Notes under the pieces: model-generated | Told to the model about the DNA's origin: nothing | Database searches by the model: none | Seen by the model: the letters and a program-made list of their open reading frames with translations, nothing else | NCBI GenBank assembly: GCA_040081625.1 | Contig: JBEBGD010000127.1 | Span: 1-14,420 of the forward strand | Source: Chthoniobacteraceae bacterium | GTDB taxonomy: Bacteria > Verrucomicrobiota > Verrucomicrobiia > Chthoniobacterales > Chthoniobacteraceae | Direction: 5' to 3' | Length of the DNA stretch: 14,420 nt | Position numbers and translations under genes: made by a program | Shown: positions 8,106-14,420 of the stretch, piece by piece | Layout: each line of letters starts with the position of its first letter | Numbering within the stretch: the stretch's first letter is position 1

Positions 8106-9416
8106 AAATCCGAACAACTCCTCGACGAAAACTCGCGCCTCATCCCCGGCGGGCTCGCGTCGCTCAACCGCAAAGCCGATCCGGTGATCGCATTCGCGCG
8201 AGCGAAAGGCTCGCGGCTTTGGGACATCGACGGACACGAATACATCGACTACCACGCGGGCTTCGCGCCGTATCTGCTCGGGCACGGCGACGAAGACCAG
8301 ATCGCCGCGGTGACGAAGGCGATGCACGACGGCCTCTCGAACTACGGCAGCGGGCCGACTCGGGAGGAGGGCGAACTCGCGCGGCTCTTCCTCCAGGCCG
8401 TGCCACACGCGGAGAAGGTGCAGTTCTTCAACACGGGCAGCGAAGCGACGCAGCAGGCGATCCGCGTCGCGCGCGCGGCGACGGGACGCTCGCATATCAT
8501 CAAGATGCAGGGCGGCTACAACGGCCACCACAACGCGGTAGCGATGAACCTGATGACGCCGCGCGCCGAACTCGGCGAAGTGCGCGATGGCGAGTATCCG
8601 CGCGTGCCGATCACCGCGGGCATCCCGCCGGAGGAACTCGCGCTCACGCACGCCGTGCCGTTCAACGACCTCGTCGCCATCGAACGAGTCGCCCAGCGGC
8701 ACGAGATCGCCGCGCTCATCACCGAGCCGGTGCTGCAAAACATCGGCGTCATCAAGCCGCAGCCGGACTACCTCGCCAGCCTGCGAGCGCTCGCGGATCA
8801 CTACGGTTTCGTGCTCATCTTCGACGAGGTGAAGACCGGCTTCCGCGCGAGCCTCGGCGGCTACCAAACCATCGCGGGCGTGACCGCGGACCTTTCGACT
8901 TACGGGAAGGCGGTCGCGAACGGCTTCCCGATCGCCGCGCTCGCGGGAAAGGCGTCGCTGCTCGATCTCGCCACCGATCCCGATCCGAGGCGGCGCGTGC
9001 TCATCGCGGGGACTTACAATTGCCATCCGGTCCCTGTCGCTGCGGCGATCGCGTGCCTGCGAAAGCTGATGGACCCGGCGCTGGACGTGTATGGACACCT
9101 CGAGCGGCTCGCGCAGCGGCTCGAAGCGGGGCAGCGCGAACTTTTCGCGAAGCACGGCGTGCCCGCGATCATCTCGCGCGTGGGCAGCGCGAGCTGCGTC
9201 TATTTTGCGAAGACCGAGCCGCACGACTGGGAGAGCATCCTCGCAAATCACGACGCCGCTTTCGACACGCGCTACCGCCGGGCGTTGATCGAGCGCGGCA
9301 TCTACCATTTTCCGGTCTTCGTGAAGCAGGGCAGCATCAGCTTCGCGCACAGCGAGGCCGACATCGACCGCACGCTCGAAGCCACCGACGACGCGCTGCG
9401 CGAACTGCGCGGCTAA
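8094..9416 (+). CDS. Class III PLP-dependent aminotransferase, related to glutamate-1-semialdehyde aminomutase but probably not HemL
   Basis: ATG 8094 overlaps the upstream TGA. Motifs LIPGG, AKGSRLWDIDGHEYIDY, LLGH, NTGSEA, PFND, TEPV..N.G, LIFDEVKTGFR, DLSTYGKAVANGFP (PLP Lys 8907-8909), GTYNCHP. No signal peptide. The ORF-track start at 7209 is an out-of-frame over-extension. Confidence 0.9.
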   Translation: MNWPKSEQLLDENSRLIPGGLASLNRKADPVIAFARAKGSRLWDIDGHEYIDYHAGFAPYLLGHGDEDQIAAVTKAMHDGLSNYGSGPTREEGELARLFLQAVPHAEKVQFFNTGSEATQQAIRVARAATGRSHIIKMQGGYNGHHNAVAMNLMTPRAELGEVRDGEYPRVPITAGIPPEELALTHAVPFNDLVAIERVAQRHEIAALITEPVLQNIGVIKPQPDYLASLRALADHYGFVLIFDEVKTGFRASLGGYQTIAGVTADLSTYGKAVANGFPIAALAGKASLLDLATDPDPRRRVLIAGTYNCHPVPVAAAIACLRKLMDPALDVYGHLERLAQRLEAGQRELFAKHGVPAIISRVGSASCVYFAKTEPHDWESILANHDAAFDTRYRRALIERGIYHFPVFVKQGSISFAHSEADIDRTLEATDDALRELRG

Positions 9417-9445
9417 TCTCCGCCCGCCCGCTGGATTACGCGCTC

Positions 9446-10813
9446 ATGCCTCCCGCCCGCTCATCCCTGCCCCGCCGCGAATGGCTGCGCGTGGGCGGAC
9501 TCGGCGCGCTCGGGCTTTCTCTCCCGCGATTGCTGCGCGCAGCGGAGCCGGGCGCGAGCTTCGGTCGCGCGAAGTCGTGCATCCTGCTCTTCCTCAGCGG
9601 CGGGCCGCCGCAGCACGAGACGTTCGATCCGAAGCCGGACGCGCCGGTCGAAGTGCGTGGCACCTTCGGCTCGATCGCGACTCGCGTGCCGGGGCTGCAC
9701 TTCTGCGAGACGCTGCCGCACACAGCGCGAGTCGCGGATCGCCTCGCGGTGATCCGCTCGATGACGACCGACATCAACGCGCACTCGACGAGCGGCGCAT
9801 TCATGCTCACCGGCTACGAGCCGCAGACCAAGGCGGAGAACGTGCCCGCCGGCGCGCAGGACTGGCCGAGCATCGCCGCCGCCGTCGGCGCGCTGAAGCC
9901 GAGCGCGCGCTCGCCGCTTTCGTCGGTCGTGCTGCCGGAGACGAACCACAACAACGGCAGCATCGTGTGGCCGGGGCAGAACGGCGGCTTCATGGGCGCG
10001 CCGTGGCATCCGATGATCGTGAAGTGCGACCCGACCGCGCAGCCGATGCAGATCGAAGGCATGAGCCTCGCCGATGGCGTGACGACCGCGCGACTCGGCG
10101 AGCGCTTCGACTTGCTCCGGCAGTTCGACGCGCATTTTCGCGCCAGCGCGGAAAGCGGCGCCGTGAGCGAACTCGGGCACATGCACCAGAAGGCGTTCGA
10201 TCTTTTGCACTCCGACGCGAGCCGCGCGGCGTTCGAGCTGGAGCGCGAATCGCCCGCGCTGCGCGACAACTACGGGCGGCACAAGTTCGGCCAGAGCGTG
10301 CTGCTCGCGCGGCGGCTCATCGAGGCCGGCACGCGGCTCGTGCAGGTGAACTGGCCGCGCGAATCCGGAGACGAAACCGCCGGCAGCCCGCTCTGGGACA
10401 CGCATCAAAACAACGCGGCCCGCGTGCGCGACGTGCTCTGCCCGCAGTTCGACCGCACCTTCGCCACGCTCATCGCCGACTTGCGTTCGCGCGGGCTGCT
10501 CGACGAAACGCTCGTCGTGGTGATGGGCGAGTTCGGTCGCTCGCCAAAGATCAACGCAGCCGGCGGACGCGATCATTGGGGTTCGTGCTTTTCCGTCGTG
10601 CTCGCCGGCGCGGGCATCGGCGGCGGGCAGATCATCGGCGCGAGCGATCGTCTCGGAGCCATGCCCGCCGAGCGGCCGATCCGTCCGCCCGATCTCGCCG
10701 CGACGATCTTTCACCTGCTCGGCATCGCACCGTCGGCGGAGTTTCACGATCCTCTCGGCCGCCCGCGCACCGTGACCGACAGCGGCCAGCCGATCCGCGA
10801 ACTGGTCGGCTAA
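9446..10813 (+). CDS. DUF1501 family protein with a twin-arginine-like N-terminus
   Basis: N-terminus LPRREWLRVGGLGALGLSLPRLLRA. Family motifs AKSCILLFLSGGPPQHETFDPKP, YGRHKFGQSVLLARRLIEAG, WDTH, GLLDETLVVVMGEFGRSP, GRDHW, DLAATIFHLLGI. ATG 9446 is in frame with the 7991..10813 track ORF, whose first 485 codons are a shadow frame. Confidence 0.9.
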   Translation: MPPARSSLPRREWLRVGGLGALGLSLPRLLRAAEPGASFGRAKSCILLFLSGGPPQHETFDPKPDAPVEVRGTFGSIATRVPGLHFCETLPHTARVADRLAVIRSMTTDINAHSTSGAFMLTGYEPQTKAENVPAGAQDWPSIAAAVGALKPSARSPLSSVVLPETNHNNGSIVWPGQNGGFMGAPWHPMIVKCDPTAQPMQIEGMSLADGVTTARLGERFDLLRQFDAHFRASAESGAVSELGHMHQKAFDLLHSDASRAAFELERESPALRDNYGRHKFGQSVLLARRLIEAGTRLVQVNWPRESGDETAGSPLWDTHQNNAARVRDVLCPQFDRTFATLIADLRSRGLLDETLVVVMGEFGRSPKINAAGGRDHWGSCFSVVLAGAGIGGGQIIGASDRLGAMPAERPIRPPDLAATIFHLLGIAPSAEFHDPLGRPRTVTDSGQPIRELVG

Positions 10814-11502
10814 ACCGACGGCGCGCGCCCGGCGGCCCATCGGATCGCGTGATGCACGAGTTCCGGCGCGCTCGCGAGGCCGAGCTTCTCTTTGATGTTC
10901 CCGCGATGCGCAGCCACGGTTTTGTGGCTGAGGTGAAGCCGCCCGGCGATCTCCTTGGTCGATCGGCCTTCACCGATGAGTTGATAAACCTCGAACTCGC
11001 GATCGGTGAGCTTTTCGACCGGCGAACTCGAACCGCGCGGCTGTTGCCCGGAATAGGCGTCGAGGATTTTCGCGGCGATGCGCGGGCTGACGCTGATCTC
11101 GCCGGCGAGCACGCGGCGGATCGCGGCGAGCATCGCTTCGCTGCCGGCTTCCTTCATCAGAAAGCCGCGCGCACCGACACGCAGCGCACGCTCGGCATAG
11201 AACATCTCGTCGTGCATCGAATAAACGAACACCGGCAGGTCCGGGTGCATCGCTTTGATGTCCTTGATCAAGTCCAGTCCGCTGCGCTCCGGCAACGTGA
11301 TGTCGGTGATGACCAGATCGGGCGCGCATCGCGCGATCGCATCGACGGCTTCCTCCGCGCTCGCCACGCCGCCGCAGCACGCGAGACCGGGCTCGCTGTC
11401 GATGAGCCGGCTCATGCCGTCGCGCATCATCGGGTGGTCATCGACGAGGAAGATGCGCTTCGGCGGCGGCGCGCTGCCGGCTTTTTTGCTCGTCGATTTC
11501 AT
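10810..11502 (-). CDS. NarL/FixJ-LuxR family two-component response regulator
   Basis: Receiver domain RIFLVDDHP..., PDLVITDITLP (phosphoacceptor Asp), SMHDE, GARGFLMK. LuxR HTH LTDREFEVYQLIGEGRSTKEIAGRLHLSHKTVAAHRGNIKEKL. Start ATG at 11502 overlaps the kinase TGA; stop TAG at 10812-10810. Confidence 0.93.
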   Translation of the reverse strand: MKSTSKKAGSAPPPKRIFLVDDHPMMRDGMSRLIDSEPGLACCGGVASAEEAVDAIARCAPDLVITDITLPERSGLDLIKDIKAMHPDLPVFVYSMHDEMFYAERALRVGARGFLMKEAGSEAMLAAIRRVLAGEISVSPRIAAKILDAYSGQQPRGSSSPVEKLTDREFEVYQLIGEGRSTKEIAGRLHLSHKTVAAHRGNIKEKLGLASAPELVHHAIRWAAGRAPSV

Positions 11503-12584
11503 GACTGTGCCGGCAGCGAGCAGTGAATCCGCACTCCACGACCGCGACGCGATTCGACTTCGATCCGGCCGCCGATCAAGCGGGCGCGGTGCCGGATGAC
11601 GTCCAATCCCATGCCCCGTCCGCGCAAGTCCTTCGACGGAAAGCCCTGGCCGTCGTCCTCGATCGTGAGCTCGACGCGCTCGGCGCTGCGGGTGAGTTGC
11701 AAGGTGATGCGCGTCGCCTTCGCGTGCTTGAGTGCGTTGTTCACGGCCTCCTGCGCGATGCGGTAGAGATGGTTCGCAGCCGTGCTGTCGGCCACATGCA
11801 CCGGCGACACGCATCGAAACTCGCACGCGACGCCTGTGCCGGCGGTGACTCGTGCGAGGTCGTTCAGCGCGGCCACGAGCCCGTCCTCGTCGAGCGCCAC
11901 CGGGGCAAGACCGTGCGCGAGCTGACGGGTCTGCGCGATGGTCTGCCGGGTAAAGCTCGCGATCTGGCTGGCGGATTCGGCCAGCTCGGGCGCCTTCGCT
12001 TTCAACTCCCGCGCGAGCGTGTGGCTCATCAGCTCGATCGCGGTGAGCTGCTGGCCGAGGCTGTCGTGCAGCTCGCGCCCGAAGCGCCGCCGCTCCTCTT
12101 CGCTGATCCGCAGCACTTCGCCCTCGATGCGCTCCATTTGCTCGTTCTTCATGGCGAGTTCCCCGGCGAGGGATTCGAGCCGCTCCTCGTCGGCCTTGCG
12201 CCGCGAGATGTCGGTGCGGATCGCCACATATTGCCGCGGCTTTCCGTCCGAGCCGACGAAGGGAAAGATCGTCGTGTCCACCCAATAGATGCTGCCGTCC
12301 TTCGCGCGGTTTTTGATCTCGCCTTTCCACACGGCGCCGCTGCCGATCGTCTTCCAAAGGCCGGTGAAAAACGACTTGGGATGATGCCCGGAATTGATGA
12401 GCCGGTGATCCTGCCCGAGCAACTCCCCGCGCGGATATTTGGAAATCTCGCAGAACTTGTCGTTGGCATAAGTGATCCGTCCCGCGGCATCGGTGATCGC
12501 CACGATCGAGTGCGCATCGAGGGCGGCCTTGATGTCGGTGAGCTCGCGCATCGTCTCGGTGGCGGCGTCGGGTGCGATCGGCAT
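11499..12584 (-). CDS. Soluble PAS-domain sensor histidine kinase (HisKA_3 / NarX-UhpB type)
   Basis: PAS/PAC: IVAITDAAGRITYANDKFCEISKY..ELLG, WKGEIKNRAKDGSIYWV..TI.P. H-box EEERRRFGRELHDSLGQQL, N-box LYRIAQEAVNNALKHA, G-boxes IEDDGQGF and GMGL. No transmembrane segment. An alternative start is the second Met (MRELTD). Confidence 0.93.
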   Translation of the reverse strand: MPIAPDAATETMRELTDIKAALDAHSIVAITDAAGRITYANDKFCEISKYPRGELLGQDHRLINSGHHPKSFFTGLWKTIGSGAVWKGEIKNRAKDGSIYWVDTTIFPFVGSDGKPRQYVAIRTDISRRKADEERLESLAGELAMKNEQMERIEGEVLRISEEERRRFGRELHDSLGQQLTAIELMSHTLARELKAKAPELAESASQIASFTRQTIAQTRQLAHGLAPVALDEDGLVAALNDLARVTAGTGVACEFRCVSPVHVADSTAANHLYRIAQEAVNNALKHAKATRITLQLTRSAERVELTIEDDGQGFPSKDLRGRGMGLDVIRHRARLIGGRIEVESRRGRGVRIHCSLPAQS

Positions 12585-12617
12585 TGAGGCCGATTGAAAC
12601 CCCGCTCCATCACGATG

Positions 12618-13514
12618 TCACGCGGCTTGCGCCAGCGGCAGCATCGTCCGGTAGGCGCTCGGCGATTCGCCGGCCAGCTTGCGGAAGACGCGGTTGAAAT
12701 GCGTGAGCGACTGGAAGCCGCATGCGAAGGCGACCTCGCTGATGCGCGCGTGTGGATCGAGGAGCATCTGCTTTGCACGCTCGATGCGCACGCGTCCGAG
12801 GTAGTTGGTGAAACTGACGCCTGTCGCCTTCTTGAACTGCTTGCAGAAGTAGAACGTGCTCATGTGGACGACCTTCGCGACCGTCGCGAGCGAGAGATCT
12901 TCCGCGTGGTTGGCGTCGATGAACTCCCGCGCGCGCGTCATGCCCGGCGGCTCGGCGTGAGCGGAGCGGAAGACGATCTGGTGCGCCACGATCGCGAGGT
13001 GCTGCGCGAAGACGCGGAGCAATTGCACGACCGACTCGTATTGCTTCGGCGCAAGCACGCGCGTCCGAGAATATGCCGCGCGCAGTTCCGTCGTGTCCAC
13101 CTTCAGCCCCATGTCGAGCAACTGCCGCGCGATCTTCGTGAAGTGACGTTGCGTCGGCGGGTGCGTGAGCACTTCGCCCGTGCGCAGATAGCCGATGAGA
13201 TTCTCGCCGATGCGCACCGGGATCGCCGATTCGCACAGCCCCGCGAAACACGTGACGGTCGCGGGCAGCTCATGCGCCTTGCCGGCGAGTTCGTCCCGCG
13301 TGCGAAGGCAGGCCGCGCACGCCTTGCTCTGCTTCGCGAGCAGGGCGCAAATCGGACTGCCGCGTCTGCGCCGGGGCGGCGTGAGGCCGAGGTCTTCGAC
13401 GGGGCTCAGCCGCAGCGGCAGGCCGGTGGCTTCGCAAAAGGCCCGCTCGTAGTCCCTGTAGATCCGGGAGTTGGAAAGCCGCTCCAGGACGGCGGTGTTG
13501 GTGTCGGTGTTCAT
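12618..13514 (-). CDS. AraC-family transcriptional regulator with an N-terminal PocR-type sensory domain
   Basis: N-terminal region with F..ATGL, SPICALL..KACAAC, TCFAGL.ESAIPV..G..LIGYL..G (Cys-rich PocR pattern). C-terminal AraC HTH: AREFIDANHAEDLSLATVAKVVHMSTFYFCKQFKKATG..RIERAKQML...ISEVAFACGFQSLTHFNRVFRKLAGESPSAYR. ATG 13514 is preferred over the track start at 13586. Confidence 0.9.
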   Translation of the reverse strand: MNTDTNTAVLERLSNSRIYRDYERAFCEATGLPLRLSPVEDLGLTPPRRRRGSPICALLAKQSKACAACLRTRDELAGKAHELPATVTCFAGLCESAIPVRIGENLIGYLRTGEVLTHPPTQRHFTKIARQLLDMGLKVDTTELRAAYSRTRVLAPKQYESVVQLLRVFAQHLAIVAHQIVFRSAHAEPPGMTRAREFIDANHAEDLSLATVAKVVHMSTFYFCKQFKKATGVSFTNYLGRVRIERAKQMLLDPHARISEVAFACGFQSLTHFNRVFRKLAGESPSAYRTMLPLAQAA

Positions 13515-13598
13515 TTTGTGCGACCGGAAATTAGGATTCAGCCCGCCCGCCGGCAATCGGCCCAAGGTCCACAGATGCACCGGCACGGAGGCTTAAAT

Positions 13599-13620
13599 GG
13601 CTTAGGAAAAAGTCCTAGCC
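13599..13620. promoter_or_regulatory. Inverted repeat GGCTTAGGA-AAAAG-TCCTAGCC (core TAGGA-N5-TCCTA), candidate operator in the divergent araC/tal spacer
   Basis: Perfect 5-bp arms at 13603-13607 and 13613-13617, extendable to GGC/GCC with one bulge. Extra half-sites at 13532-13536 (TAGGA) and 13636-13640 (TCCTA). AT-richer than the flanking coding DNA. Confidence 0.5.
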
Positions 13621-13638
13621 CGCGCGCCCCGCGACTCC

Positions 13639-13644
13639 TACGCT
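13639..13644 (+). promoter_or_regulatory. Possible sigma70-type -10 element (TACGCT) for tal
   Basis: TAnnnT hexamer ending 28 nt upstream of the tal ATG; no convincing -35 element. Confidence 0.3.
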
Positions 13645-13672
13645 GCCGCTCCAAATCAAACCACTGACGACC

Positions 13673-14420
13673 ATGAGCACCGCACTTTCCCAACTCGAAC
13701 AACTCAAGCAAATGACCGTCGTCGTCGCCGACACGGGCGACTTCGAGTCGATGCGCCAGTTCAAGCCGCGCGACGCGACGACCAATCCGTCGCTCATCCT
13801 CGCCGCCGCGACCAAGCCCGAATACGCGGGCCTCGTGGACAAGGCCGTCGCCGATCGCAAAAGCTCCGGCCTCACCGGCGCGAAGCAAGTCGATGACGTG
13901 ATCGATCACGTGCTCGTCAACTTCGGCCTCGAAATCCTCAAGATCGTGCCCAAGCGCGTCTCGACCGAGACCGACGCGCGGCTGTCGTTCGACGTGCAAG
14001 GCTCGATCGACAAGGGCCGTCAGCTCATCGCGCTCTACGAAAAGAACGGCATCTCGCGCGACCGCGTGCTCATCAAGATCGCGAGCACATGGGAGGGCAT
14101 CCAGGCCGGAGCCGCGCTGGAAAAGGAAGGCATCCATTGCAACCTCACGCTGCTCTTCTCGCTCGCGCAGGCGGTCGCGTGCGCAGAGGGCGGCATCACG
14201 CTGATCAGCCCGTTCGTCGGCCGCATCCTCGACTGGTTCAAGGCCGCGACGAAGAAGGACTACGCGCCCGCCGAAGACCCCGGCGTCGTCTCGGTGACGC
14301 AGATCTACAACTACTACAAAAAGTTCGCCCACAAGACCGAGGTCATGGGCGCGAGCTTCCGCAACAAGGGCGAGATCCTCGAGCTCGCCGGCTGCGACCT
14401 GCTGACCATCAGCCCGAACC
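13673..14420 (+). CDS. tal: Transaldolase (TalA/TalB-type), 3'-truncated by the window edge
   Basis: Translated by hand: [43 protein letters not shown]...[13 protein letters not shown]...[13 protein letters not shown] (Schiff-base Lys)...CNLTLLFS...[12 protein letters not shown]...[41 protein letters not shown]. It has no stop in the window, which explains its absence from the ORF track. Confidence 0.97.
   Translation, partial: MSTALSQLEQLKQMTVVVADTGDFESMRQFKPRDATTNPSLILAAATKPEYAGLVDKAVADRKSSGLTGAKQVDDVIDHVLVNFGLEILKIVPKRVSTETDARLSFDVQGSIDKGRQLIALYEKNGISRDRVLIKIASTWEGIQAGAALEKEGIHCNLTLLFSLAQAVACAEGGITLISPFVGRILDWFKAATKKDYAPAEDPGVVSVTQIYNYYKKFAHKTEVMGASFRNKGEILELAGCDLLTISPN

Noticed and set aside
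1879..8293. 20-nt exact match CTGCTCGGGCACGGCGACGA at 1879..1898 and 8274..8293
   Set aside because: Encodes the conserved LLGHGD motif of the two aminotransferases; explained by homology plus codon bias.
3459..8987. GATCCCGATCCG three times (3459, 7021, 8976), each encoding DPDP followed by xRR
   Set aside because: Two copies are a paralogous motif and the third is probably chance; spacing is irregular, so it is not an array or CRISPR.
8094..9416. Gene symbol hemL
   Set aside because: Key HemL motifs are altered and there is no tetrapyrrole context.
7991..9445. N-terminal 485 codons of the 940-aa track ORF, an apparent giant DUF1501 fusion
   Set aside because: Arg/Ala/Gly-rich shadow frame overlapping the real aminotransferase; DUF1501 similarity and its leader begin at ATG 9446.
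11503..12357. N-terminal extension of the 515-aa minus-strand ORF, an apparent hybrid regulator
   Set aside because: Shadow frame of the kinase gene; the receiver domain starts at the coupled ATG at 11502.
304..14332. Long antisense and alternative-frame ORFs (e.g. 1459..2706, 4598..6103, 6511..7689, 8079..9350, 9461..10840, 9481..11526, 11523..12587, 12594..13667, 13538..14332)
   Set aside because: Expected in high-GC DNA where stop codons are scarce; they lie over well-supported genes and show no domain motifs.
1..14420. Defence system, CRISPR array, mobile element or secondary-metabolite (NRPS/PKS/RiPP) cluster
   Set aside because: No repeat-spacer array, transposase, integrase, nuclease, NTPase, carrier protein, glycosyltransferase or precursor peptide was recognisable.

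Overview
High-GC bacterial DNA, probably from a PVC-superphylum organism such as a verrucomicrobium. This is inferred from the DUF1501 gene, the PocR-AraC regulator, the secreted propeller paralogues and the lack of Shine-Dalgarno sites. Three blocks are present. (1) 1..10813 (+) is a tightly packed, partly translationally coupled operon of mostly uncharacterised enzymes: three paralogous glycoside-hydrolase-like beta-propeller proteins (the first 5'-truncated by the window), an amidohydrolase fused to a class III aminotransferase, a secreted alpha/beta-hydrolase fused to a six-repeat Kelch propeller, a second class III aminotransferase that resembles HemL but lacks its signature motifs, and a Tat-signal DUF1501 protein. 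(2) 10810..13514 (-) is a three-gene regulatory unit: PocR-sensor AraC regulator, soluble PAS/HisKA_3 kinase, and NarL/LuxR response regulator. (3) 13673..end (+) is a transaldolase, 3'-truncated and missing from the ORF track, transcribed divergently across a 158-bp spacer carrying a TAGGA-N5-TCCTA palindrome. The best candidate for a new system is the operon, which may release, de-acylate and deaminate an amino sugar or nonulosonate-like glycan component (inference only). Short direct repeats sit exactly at several gene junctions. No RNA genes, CRISPR arrays or mobile elements were seen.
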